The notes beneath the pieces are model-generated. The model did not search any database. It was not told where the DNA came from and saw nothing but the letters and a program-made list of their open reading frames with translations. From Gracilinanus agilis (taxonomy: Eukaryota), in contig NC_058132.1 in the NCBI RefSeq assembly GCF_016433145.1, positions 200,895,413 through 200,959,412 on the forward strand: a stretch of DNA of 64,000 nt, in the 5' to 3' direction. The position numbers and the translations under genes are program-made. The stretch's first letter is position 1; each line of letters opens with the position of its first letter. This document shows, piece after piece, positions 23,091 through 34,369 of this stretch.

Positions 23091-26000
23091 TACATTCATA
23101 TCAAGACCATTGGATGTGGTGCACAGAATCTCAGAGTTGAACGTGAACTCAGAAGTGAAGTGGATTCCTGGCCACCAAGATGGCCACTGACTCTGACATT
23201 CTAAGAATGTGGTACAGTGAAAAGAGCTCCTAAATCTCTATTCAGAAGTCCTAGGATCAAATTCCACTTATGATAATTACTATTGATATGGCTCCTGCAT
23301 GTCCTGCTCTTCCTCTGTAAAATGAGGCAGGAGGAGGACTAACTGGCATCTGAGGCGCCCTCCAGCTTGAGATCTAGCATCCTATGACTCATCTATCATC
23401 CATTCTCAGCCTTCTTGCTGCCCTTCATTCTTCAAGCTCTTCTGTGAGCCTCTTGGTGAAAATGAACTTTTCTCCCCAGTCAGGCTGGATCAGTGATGAC
23501 CTAGAAACTGGCAATGACAACACCCATACCAACTCAATTTAATCAGCAACCATTTAAGTGATATTTAAGAGAGTAATTATTAGCTTTAGATTCTAAAGAG
23601 GGTTGGAAGCTGGTGGAAGATAGTTGGAAGTCTCAGGAGTAAAAGAGTTAGAATTGGCTGTAGAGGACAAAAACCATTAGATTTTAAGTTGGAAGACTTG
23701 CTGGATTCCAATCCTGCCTCTACTTCCTCAGTGAATTTGGGCAGGTCCTTCATCTCTGAGGGATTAGTCTTGTTCCACTTGGCCTATGGCATAGAACTGA
23801 GAGCAATGGATGGAGGTTGCATAGAGGCAGATTTTAGCTAAACTTCCTAACACTTTAAAAAGCTATCCAAAAATAGAACAGGATGCCTTGGGAAATAAAA
23901 AGCTCCTCATCACTGTAGATGTTCAAGCAAAGGCTAGATGACCATTTGTCAGATACCTTGTAGTAGTGATTATTGACTCATGATAATAGCTAGCATTTAT
24001 ATAATGTTTTACAAATATCATCACATTTGATCTTCATGACAATCCTGGGAGGTTGGTGGTATTATTATCCCCATTTTACAGATGAGAAAACTTAGAGGTT
24101 AGAGGACTTCCTCTGACAGGTCACACAGCTAAGTGTTTGAGGCAGAATTTGAGCTCAAGTTGTCCTGATTCCAAGCTTTGGGCTCCATCTCCTGCGACAC
24201 CCAGCTGCCTCGATGACGCCTTCCAACTCTGAGATTATGTGATCATGTTATGCATGTTTAAAGTACCCTGGTGTTATAAAACTGTTAGAGAGGATTTTGA
24301 GAGGAAATCCCCACTGAGGCCATTTGAGGTCAAAAGTCATCAGAAAATATCAAAATGAGCATTGTGGTATAGTGGAAATAATTCTAGATTTGGAATAACA
24401 GGATCTGGGTTCATAATCAGTCCAACCATTTACTGGCTATAATATAACCTTATGCTTTAGTTCTCTCGGACTCAGTTTCTAAGGAGCTAGAAGATGTGAT
24501 TTCTAAAATACTTCCCAATGCTAACATTCTATGATTCTATGAACTAGTGGTTCAGTTCTATTTTTTTTAAAACCCTTACTTTCCTTCTTAGAATCAATAC
24601 TGTGTATTGTCTCCAAGACAGAAGAGTGGTAAGGGCTAGGCAATGGGGGTTAAGTGACTTGCCCAGGGGCACACAGCTAGGAAGTGACTGAGGCCAGCTT
24701 TGAACCCAGGACCTCCCATCTCTAAGCCTGACTCTCAATCTACTGAGTCATCCAGCTGCTCCCATGGTTTAGTTCTATTCACTAGCTGCCTGGCTATATA
24801 ACCTTTAATAAACAGGGAGAGTCGTTCATTTAGGATCAAAGGATTTTAAAGCAGAAAGGACTTTATAGATCACCTAGTCCAACCTCCCTCATTTTACAGA
24901 TGAGTAAACTGAGATCCATAGAGAGAAGGGAAATGATACGCCCAAGATTAGATATCTAGGCAGGGTAGGGACTAAAATATGGGTGTCCTGACTGATACTC
25001 AACCCAGGTCTCTTTCTCTTCCTTTAATTATCCTGGGAGAGAATGAGGATCCTATCAATCCTGGTAAATAATATCAATCCAGATGGACCCTAGGATGAAT
25101 TTCCAAGTCTCCTTGTTTAAAATCCAGGCCTTCAGAAGCCCGCGGGTCCCTAGGATCTTTCCTCTGGCCTCATTTAGTCAAAGGTAATGATTGCTTCCAC
25201 CTCTGGTTATCTGAATTTACTTGTAAAATTCCCCTCTTAATCTTCCAAGACTCTTTTGGGTTCCTCAGAGGGGGGGAAAAAAGCAGGCTTTCCTCACACC
25301 TGAGAGATTGGTACCTCCCTCATGGCTGGGTCTGGATGTTATAGTATGGCTAGTAGTCTGAGCTATAATAGTATGTGTAGTAATAATCTGACTATTAAGT
25401 ACCCACCATATGAAGGTAGCACTGTGGCAATCCCATGAGATGTAGAGAGAGTTGATGGAGCTGGGAAGAGAAAGGTGGATGCCAGAGAAAGGATTGCTGT
25501 CCATGCGGTAGCAAATGTCAATCTAGATGAAACATTATCCAAAGCACATCCCGGAGGTGCAGACAGGAGGACTGAAATCTGAAGGAATGACTCTGGTGAG
25601 GGAATCAAGGAAGGCCCATCTGCACCAACCATTATTTTTAAGGCTGGTACTTCTCAGTCCTGGGGCATTGGCAGGAGTCTAACTCAGCACTCTGCCAGCC
25701 TACAGAGCTGAGTGTCCACAGAGAGGTTCCCCAGAAAGGAGCTGAGCATGTTCCCAGTGGTATTGAGGAAAGCTGAGCAGGTTTTCTGGAAGAGGAAAGA
25801 ACAGCTACAGTACCCAGACTGATAACCTGGTCTCCAAAGAATGCCCTCAGCCAGCTGGAGGCAGACTAACCCAGATTATGGATGACTAAAAAGGAAATGG
25901 GTCTAGGTTAGAGGCTCTCAGTCATGGGAACAGGGTGTCCAGGGGTGACAAGATTATCACCATAGTGAGGAGGGGAGCCAGCCTTGGCCTCTGCCACTTA

Positions 26001-26415
26001 TGGCCATCATGTGTTTTCTTCTTTCACCCCTTTCTTTGCACTTCCATTAAAGTCGTCAGAACTTCCCGAAGCAAACCAGGCTTACCTCCTTGGTGCCGAG
26101 CCTCTGGCCAAGCAGCCTAGGGTTCAAGCCACAACTTCTCATCCCCACTCTTGAAAATACTTCAATTCCACAAACATCAATGAAGTGTTTGTGACATGCA
26201 TTAGGAAGGGGACAAAATAAGCTGGTTCTTTCATGAATCTCAGGGCAAAAATCCAAGCTCTCCAGGGGATTCCCTCCTCCACAATCTCCAGATCCTTCTT
26301 ACTCAGATAGATTCTGTTCAACAGTAGAAAAATGACAAACACACCCACAGGAGAGAACAACAGAATTTCTGGGTCCTTTCTCCCCCACCTCAATTAAGGT
26401 ACACATATATCTCTT

Positions 26416-26454
<39 letters not shown>

Positions 26455-26844
26455 NNNNNNNNNNNNNNNNNNNNNNNNNNNNNNNNNNNNNNNNNNNNNN
26501 NNNNNNNNNNNNNNNNNNNNNNNNNNNNNNNNNNNNNNNNNNNNNNNNNNNNNNNNNNNNNNNNNNNNNNNNNNNNNNNNNNNNNNNNNNNNNNNNNNNN
26601 NNNNNNNNNNNNNNNNNNNNNNNNNNNNNNNNNNNNNNNNNNNNNNNNNNNNNNNNNNNNNNNNNNNNNNNNNNNNNNNNNNNNNNNNNNNNNNNNNNNN
26701 NNNNNNNNNNNNNNNNNNNNNNNNNNNNNNNNNNNNNNNNNNNNNNNNNNNNNNNNNNNNNNNNNNNNNNNNNNNNNNNNNNNNNNNNNNNNNNNNNNNN
26801 NNNNNNNNNNNNNNNNNNNNNNNNNNNNNNNNNNNNNNNNNNNN
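26455..26844. other. Assembly gap (N)
   Basis: 390 N between (CT)n and (AT)n tracts. Confidence 1.
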
Positions 26845-26883
<39 letters not shown>

Positions 26884-27066
26884 TATACACACACACACTG
26901 TAATGTGCTCCAATATGCCATAAAAATCACTTTGAAAATCTTCAATTAAAGCACTACTTAAATTCCAGGTGTTGTTTTTCTACAAAGAATTTTAAGAGAA
27001 AGAAAAGAATTCAATAAAACTGATCAATACACTTAGATTTTGCTTTTTGGGGTTTTTTAAATCAGT

Positions 27067-27072
27067 TTTATT
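27067..27072 (-). terminator. APOA4: APOA4 poly(A) signal AATAAA
   Basis: tttatt on + strand, about 170 nt after the stop, followed on the - strand by a U/GU-containing region. Confidence 0.8.
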
Positions 27073-27240
27073 TATCAAGGACCATGAATACTACTTTTTC
27101 CCACAGCAACAATCCCATGCCTCCACCTAGAGATGTTTTGGCTTACTGGAGGATGGACAAAGAATTGTGGTTTGGGGTCCAAACCAGGAGGCAAAAGTGC
27201 TCTACAGAGAGCTGAGAAAGGCTGCTCAGACTTTGAAGAC

Positions 27241-28180
27241 CTAGGGCTGGGGATCAGCAGGCATCTCCTCCTGGCTCTCCTGGAGGCTACTGAAGAAGGA
27301 GTTTACTTTGTCCCTCAGGCCCTTCTCCAAAAGGCCCAGGTGGTCCTCTATCTCACCAGACTGGGACCCTAGTTTCTTCTTGAGGTCTTCTAGCTGCTGC
27401 ACCAAGGCCCTGTTGAAGGCCTCTCCTTGGGGCCCGATATTCCTGTGGAACTCTTCAATGTGCTGGTTCATCTGTCCCCTCACCTTGGCCAGGGACTGGT
27501 ACAGCTCCTCTGAATTTCCTGGAATCTTTCCCTGGATGTCCTTAGCAAAAGGTGTCAGTTTTTGCCTCAGGTCTTCTGTGTTCTCAGAGATCTTGGTCCT
27601 CAACTGTTCTACATTCTTCTTCATCTGGAAAGCCAGGCTTTCAAGCTGACGGTTGAGTTGATCCTGGGCACCAGTGGCAAAAGGTGTGAGGGTCTTGCGA
27701 AGCTCTTCTATGTGCTCGTCAATCTTGCCTTGGAGCCCATCAGCGTAAGGGATGAGCTTGTCTTTTATACTGTCCACTTGCTGGTTGACCTTGTCCTTGA
27801 ACTGGTTGGCCAAGGGGACTATGTCAGTCTGCAAGCTCTTTATGTTCTCCTTCATGGCTGCATCCAGCTGCTGAACAAAGGGGGCCAGCTGCTGTTGGAG
27901 TTGCTCCACATTCTCACTGAGGTGGGTTTGGATCTTACCCGTGTAGGGCACCACGTACTGCTTCAGGTTCTGAACATTGTCACTCATCTTCTGGTTGACC
28001 TGTTCTGCAAAGGGCTGCATCTGGACTCGCAGCTCCTCCAGATCCCTCTGGATCTGCATCTTCAGTCTTTCTGAGTCCTGGACCAGACGGGTGGGTAATT
28101 CCATGGCAAAAGGCAGTATCTTCTTCGTCAGGTCATTGGTGTGTGTGCTAACTTCCCCCAACTTGTCCTGCAAAAGGGTG
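27241..28180 (-). CDS. APOA4: Apolipoprotein A-IV last coding exon
   Basis: TLLQDKLGEV...22-mer Pro-punctuated repeats...LRDKVNSFFS. Acceptor ctttcccctgggtag| at 28181; TAG at 27241-43. Joined CDS 49+127+940=1116 nt (371 aa). Confidence 0.97.
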
Positions 28181-28679
28181 CTACCCAGGGGAAAGAGAAA
28201 AAGAAGGTGGTTGCTATTACAGTCTAGACTCTATTACCGAAACATCCTTCACTAAAGTATACTGACCCCTTATCATGGTCTGGGGTGACCCCTTGGTTCT
28301 CCCAAGCAGAGCACAAACTCTGGCAAGTCCTACAAGACTAGAAATGTTTCAAGGATGGGGCTGGTGATACGTATGTGTATGAAGGCTAGAGGGGCTGGTG
28401 AAGGGGGACTTAGAAGCCTACAGTGTATTAGCGGCCCAGGCAACATGGTTGTTGCTTTCTTAGAGCTTTATCCCCAGAGATCCAGCTCTAAATATTTGCT
28501 CAGGAGACCCTTAACATCCCTTAAACTTAAAACTCAGATAGGAATCTGCTCAAAACAAAAAGATCCAGACTCGTCAAGGAACGACTCCCATTATGATATG
28601 TCTTCTGGGATGGCTTCCTGTAAGAAGGCCCCCAGCCTCTACCTATCACCCCTCCCTCCCCATTAGGGTCTCCTCTCAC

Positions 28680-28806
28680 TTGAACTGCTGGTTCAACTCG
28701 GAATTCTGTAGCTGTTCCATGGCGTCCTTGGCATTGGCGCTCAGCTTGTTGAAATAATCCCATACTATTTGGGATATCTGGTCAGGTTGCATCTCAGCCT
28801 GGACAC
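28680..28806 (-). CDS. APOA4: Apolipoprotein A-IV middle coding exon (127 bp)
   Basis: Acceptor cttcctccttcag|, donor AA|GTGAGA. Encodes VQAEMQPDQISQIVWDYFNKLSANAKDAMEQLQNSELNQQF. Confidence 0.96.
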
Positions 28807-29140
28807 CTGAAGGAGGAAGAAGAAGGGCAGAAGTTAGGCATCAAGGTTCAGAAAGAGGCTGCCCACCGTTGCACCAGTTACATGGTCCTAGCTAAATTTA
28901 ATGGAGCCCAACCTAACCAACTGTTTTTCCAGGCAGGGCTTTGTCCCTTCTGATGTAGGGAGCGGGGGGAGGGAATTAGAGGGAAGAGTTTATCCTGGAC
29001 AAGGAAGAAATAGAGCCCTATTTCCCTAGTTTTAACATGAATTGAATAATTAATAGCATGTAAATTGCATATATATCAAATATAAATGATCCTACTATTG
29101 AGACTACAGCCCATGTTAGCATAGCACTAGAACAGAAATA

Positions 29141-29640
29141 CAGTTATCCCTTCCACATGGTGACTTTCCCCATCACAGTTTCAATATATGGTGGGTCACC
29201 ATAAAAAATTAGATAGGAATTTGGGAGGAGTTTTGCAGAAGCCACAGACAATACATGAGATCAGCAGAGGATCCAGGAAAAACATTGAAAAATTAGAAAG
29301 GCTTAAAAAAGTATAGTATTATATCATGTCAGCATATTTTATCTTTTAATACCATCAATATGCACAATTTCTTTTTAAAGTTAAACTAAGAAATAAGTTA
29401 AAGCTTGCAAAAAGAATGTGAAAACCAGCAGACGACATACAAAAGCTAAAAATGTTAACATTGTCCTACATACAGCCTATGATCAAATACTTAACCCCAA
29501 ATTTGCTATAAGGTACTGTAAACACTCCCTTAAAGAAAAAGAAAAACTTTTTCTGGCATGGCCAGAATTTTGAACTCAGATTTTCCAGATTTGGGGGTAT
29601 TGTGATAACCTTAAACCTCACAATGTGGAAGGGGTAATCG
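29141..29640. mobile_element. 500-bp Tc1/mariner-pogo (Tigger-like) MITE in an APOA4 intron
   Basis: 20-bp TIRs cagttatcccttccacatgg / caatgtggaaggggtaatcg (16/20 complementary), flanked by TA and TG (decayed TA TSD). Confidence 0.75.
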
Positions 29641-29813
29641 TGCTTATACCTGTTTCTCAACCCTTCCAACATTCCTGGCAACCACAGGGACCCCATTCCA
29701 ATCAAGTAGGGGTAAAGGATTCCCAACCCTCCCTTGTCATCTTAGAAACCTTCCCTTTCCATTCCACACTCAACCCAGAACTCATGGCCCCATCTGAGGT
29801 TGCATTCACTTAC

Positions 29814-29862
29814 TGGCGATAGCCACAAAGGCCAGAGAGAGTATCATAGCTTTGAGAAACAT
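29814..29862 (-). CDS. APOA4: Apolipoprotein A-IV first coding exon (signal peptide MFLKAMILSLAFVAIA); whole exon probably 29814-29909
   Basis: ATG in AAGATG context; 49 coding nt; donor A|GTAAGT; strong acceptor cctttatctctctcctcacag| at 29910. Confidence 0.95.
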
Positions 29863-30117
29863 CTTGGCTTCTGCTCTGAGCTGGGCCTGAGCCCCACCGT
29901 ACCGGGATCCTGTGAGGAGAGAGATAAAGGATGAGCACGTTCCACCTTGGTCCCTTCCTGTCTTCTAAGGACTCCAGCTCCTACATCCTCCATTCATGCC
30001 AGGCTCCCTGGTTCCTGAGTCTCTCCCTCAACTCCAGTGGAATATTCCAGCAGCCAAAGTTCAAGGGGGTAGAGGAGAGTGAGGACCCCCTAGCAGAGGC
30101 ACAGATGAAGGGCTTAC

Positions 30118-30138
30118 CTGTCCTGCCTCCCAATCTGT
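30118..30138 (-). other. APOA4: Predicted APOA4 non-coding exon 1 (TSS approximate)
   Basis: TATAAA at 30162-30167 and a consensus donor CAG|GTAAG at 30118/30117. Confidence 0.75.
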
Positions 30139-30161
30139 CCCAGGAGTGAGCTAGCTAGCTC

Positions 30162-30264
30162 TTTATACCTGACTCCAGGATCCCCTCCCCTCCCCTGCCC
30201 TCCCTGGGAGCTCCACGCTGGAAGGTGACACATTCCTGGGAAACTGCTTGGACTTTGGTGACCC
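30162..30264 (-). promoter_or_regulatory. APOA4: APOA4 promoter: TATA box and proximal HNF4-type hormone response element (GGGTCACCAAAGTCCAA, 30248-30264)
   Basis: Contains the HNF4-specific CAAAGTCCA motif about 110-125 nt upstream of the predicted TSS. Confidence 0.75.
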
Positions 30265-30884
30265 CACAACGTGGAAGCTGCCAATCCCGTGGCTTGGAGG
30301 GAAGTCTGGATAAGCTCTTATCCTCCCAAAGGTCCAAGAAGGAAGAATAGAAGGAACAAGGTGGGCGGAGAGTTAGACTCAGAGCCTCAGGAAGCCCCTA
30401 AATTCTGTGGAGAGAGATCATTAGAGCCCCACCTCTAGGTAGCCTTGGGGCCCAGCCACAAGTATCAAGGACAGAGTCCATTCCCTCAGCCCCGAGTGTA
30501 CAAAAAGAAGACCCCCAAAGACCTCCGCCCTCTGGTCTCTGACCCTCAGCCTATCTCCTCAACTTTTAGAATTGGGTAGGGACCATAAACAACCTCCTAT
30601 CAGCCCTCAGGATTAGCAGTCAGAAAGACTGGCTCCTGGCCCCAGGTAGAGTTTGACTTGAAGGACTGGGGAAAAGGAGAGAGACACGAAGGCCTTTTCA
30701 TTAAAATGGGCACAGAAGGAGACACCAGGAAGTAAGGCGGGACGAGATGGGGATCATTAAAGAGTTCATTTTGTCTAGGACAGAGCTGGTCATATACCCT
30801 GCTAGGCTGCCCCTCTTTGGAAAGGGAAATATCAGCTTTGTCTTCCCCTACCCTGCCATGTTGCCTCTCCTCCACCCTTTTTCT

Positions 30885-30911
30885 TTTCTTTCTTTCTTTC
30901 TTTCTTTCTTT

Positions 30912-30971
<60 letters not shown>

Positions 30972-30972
30972 T
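30885..30972. repeat. (TTTC)n microsatellite upstream of APOA4
   Basis: Direct reading. Confidence 0.95.
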
Positions 30973-31689
30973 AACCCATACTTTCTGTCTTATTAACAAT
31001 TCTAAGGTAGAAGGGCAAGAGCTAGGCAGTAGGAGTTAAATGACTTGCCTAGGATCACATAGCTAGGAAGTATCTGAATTCAGATTTGAACCCAGGACCT
31101 CCTATCTCCAGGCTTGACTCTGTAGCCACTGTGCTATCTAGAAACTCCTCTTCCACCTTCTTCAAGGTTAAATGAGGTCCAGAGAGCCGTGCTGCCAGCG
31201 TGTGTCAGAAGTAGAACTTGAATCCAGTTCTTTCTGGCTTTGAGCCCAGCTCTCTATACATTACTTCCTCCTGCCTCTATAGACACCATATAATCATCAT
31301 CATAATCACGGACATTTTCATAGTGCTTTAAGGTTTATAAAGCACTTTACTTACTTTATCTAATTGGATGCTCACAACTCTCTGTGATGGAGGTGCTGTT
31401 ATTAAACCCATTTTACAAATGGGGAAACTGAGGCCCAGAGAGGTTAAGAGCAATTTGTGTGGCAAGTCACACAACTAGTAAATGTTCTTCCTGACTTTTT
31501 TTCTAAGCTCAATTCTCCATCCACTTCTGCTTCTCATCTCTCATCCTTCCCCACCCCCCCCCAGTTAAGGGGGAAGCCCTGCCTGAATCTGCTACCAGTA
31601 CAAAGAAGAGGAGCGCCTCTCGTATCCTTGTGTGGCCCATATGGGGTGCTCAGGGAGGACCAGTACCTCCAGGGTGAGATTTGCTGAGC

Positions 31690-32185
31690 CCTTTCCAGGG
31701 CTGCTCATCTTCCTTTGGTGTCTACCTGTCACTCAGCTCTCACTTGTGGCTCCAAGAAGCTAGAGCATACCCAGCAGCAGTAAGACCATCTTCACAGATG
31801 GGCTAAACCAGGTTGAGGATAACCGACAGTCCTCCAACCCTTTGATGAGTTAGGGGGATGTCTCCCTCAAGCCAGTGAAGACTTCTGGCAGAATGGGAGG
31901 ATAAGAATGAGCTATTCCAATGGCCTTGAAGGCAGAGGAAGCAGGCACGATGGAGGCTTAGACCTTGGCCAGACATGGAAGATGCCAAGGTTATCCACTG
32001 CATCAGAAGCCATCACCAGGTGTTCTGACTTTTGCCTTGCCACTGGACTTTGGTGACTCTGGGAGAGCATGACTGATGACTCTGTGCAACTTTGCCTCGT
32101 TTAAATCCAATTCATGAGTGAGTCAAGACATTGATTGCCCTGTGATGTCACTGTCCTTCTTCAAAATGAAGAATGAACAATATCC
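31690..32185 (+). mobile_element. RTE-derived non-autonomous element
   Basis: Reverse-complement homology to 34660-35150; ends in an RTE-type 3' tail. Confidence 0.7.
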
Positions 32186-32989
32186 ATGGGTGAATCATGT
32201 AAAGAAAGGCTGCTCAGCATCAGCACCCTGATGTAGGGCAGCATTGGGGCGGCAAGATGGTCTTTTCTTTGAGAAAAGAAAAAGATTTTACTTCCCATGC
32301 TCCTCCAACCCTCCAAACAGCCTACCCAAGGCCACGGAGCTGAGTTTCCTCATTCTCTGTGCCTCCCCTAGAGAAGACTAACAGAGCACGGAGCCTGGTA
32401 GGAAGTCTCAGCAGTCTCCCATCTTGATCCTCCTGTTTCAGCTCCAGCTCCTGCCTTTCTTCACTCTAGAAAGGTTGCTTCTAGAGAAAGAGGCTTTCCC
32501 TTCCCTGGAGGTGTACATGGGGAAATGAAATGAAATCTTGTCTAGTATGTAGTTAAGGAACAGGTTAGACTAGATGGCCTCGAGGTGTCTTAAACCTTTA
32601 AGATTCTGTGATTTGGACCTCTTAGACTCCACTGAAGGTATGGCATGGAATGGTGGAAGGACACAAAATGTGGACCCAGGTTAAAATTCCACCTCTGATA
32701 TTGAGTATCTGTGTGACCTTGGTCAAATGATTTCTCTAGGCCTCAGTTTCCTTATATGTTAAACGAGGGAATTTATTCAGACATCAGATTGGTATAATGG
32801 ATAGAGCATTGGTCTTAGAGTCAGGAAGATCTGAGTTCTAATTTGGCTTCAACCACTTACTAACTGAATAGTCCTAATAAGTCACTTAACATCTGTCTGC
32901 TTCATTTTCCTTCATTTTAAAGTGAGGATGATAATAATATCACCTACCCTACATGCTTTTATCTTTTTTTAAGTGTAAAGATGGACACA

Positions 32990-33520
32990 TGCATGCATCT
33001 TTTTGTTTTGAAATTTAATTTCTCCCCAATGACGTAAAAATGGTTTCCAACATTTTTAAAAGAATTTTGAGTTTCAGATTCTATCCCTCCACCCCCTTTC
33101 CCTCCCCTTGACTGACAGTGTAAGCAATCTCATACAGATTTTTTTTAAACTCTTACCTTCCATCTTAGAATCAATACTGTGTATTGGTTCCAAGGCGGAA
33201 GAGCAGTAAGGCCTAGGCAATGGGGGTTAAATGGAAGTGAGTGAGATTACATTTGAATCCAGGATTTCCCATCTCTGGACCTGGCTCTCAATCCACTGAG
33301 CTGCCCAGCTGCCCCCTCATATAGATTTTAATGTGCAACCATATGAAACATTTTTTCCATATTAATCCTTTTGTGGAAGGAAACTCGAACAAAAACAATT
33401 AAGAAAGAAAGTGAAAAAAGTTTACTTTGGTCTGACTTCAGATTCCATCAGTTCTTTCTCAGGAAGCAGCTGGCATTTTTTATCAGGAGTCTCTTGGGAT
33501 TGTTTTATGTGCTTTTTTTC
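32990..33520 (-). mobile_element. Old L1 3' end with a nested antisense SINE (about 33139-33315)
   Basis: SINE flanked by ctcata(c/t)agatttt TSD inside L1 3'-UTR-like sequence. Confidence 0.7.
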
Positions 33521-33893
33521 AAAGATTGGATGAGATAATATATCAGGTATATATTACATATATTATACGTATAATATATGTTATAAAGTATATTTATAAC
33601 ATGTTATATGTAATATATTATGTGTATAATGTATGCTATATGGTATATTTATAATATATATAGATTACATATAAGTGCCAGGTCAGATAGGTAACCCAGT
33701 GGATAGAGTGCCAAGCCTAGAGTCAGGAAGATTTGTCTGCCTGAATTCAAATCTGGCTTCAGATACTTACTAGCTATGTGATCCTGGGCAAGTCACTTAA
33801 CCCCATATGCCTCAGTTTCCCTATCTGTAAAATGAGCTGGAGAAGGAAATGGCAAACCATTCTAGTATCTCTGTCAAGAAAACCCCAATGAGG

Positions 33894-34120
33894 ACATGAT
33901 TAGGGATGTAGACACTAAATGATCACCCTAGTGCAAATATCAATAATATGGAAATAGGTCTGGATCAATGACACATGTAAAACCCAGTGGAATTGTGCAT
34001 TGGCTATGGGAGGGGAATGGGAGGTGGGGAGGGAAAGAACATGAATCATGTAACCATGGAAAAATATTCTAAATTAATCAATAAAATAATAATAATAATA
34101 ATAATAACAACAACAACAAC
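33894..34120 (+). mobile_element. L1 3' end inserted into a Mar1/MIR-type SINE, 17-bp TSD
   Basis: TSD agaaaaccccaatgagg at 33877-33893 and 34121-34137; (AAT)n(AAC)n tail. Confidence 0.88.
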
Positions 34121-34301
34121 AGAAAACCCCAATGAGGTTACAAAGAGTCAGATATGACTAAAGAATGACAACATCTGAACAAGAAGTATAAATGCTGGAG
34201 ATTATTATAACTTTCAGGGGAAGTGGGTGGGCATTCTGCTCATGAGGTATTGGCAGGAGGGACAAAAACCCCTTCTGGGCCCACCTTGTTCCCCTGGTAC
34301 C

Positions 34302-34304
<3 letters not shown>

Positions 34305-34352
<48 letters not shown>
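34305..34352. repeat. (TG)n microsatellite
   Basis: Direct reading. Confidence 0.95.
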
Positions 34353-34354
<2 letters not shown>

Positions 34355-34369
34355 CGGGTGATGGTGGTG

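Noticed and set aside
23355-23368. CTCF-like word GCTGGAGGGCGC (- strand)
   Set aside because: Partial match inside MIR/L2-type repeat text; too weak without ChIP data.
26299-26945. Long ORFs across N runs (also at 11.8, 42.0 and 55.3-56.2 kb)
   Set aside because: Artefacts of assembly gaps and microsatellites.
27308-28255. + strand ORFs opposite APOA4 (113, 170 and 92 aa)
   Set aside because: Antisense shadows of the coding exon.
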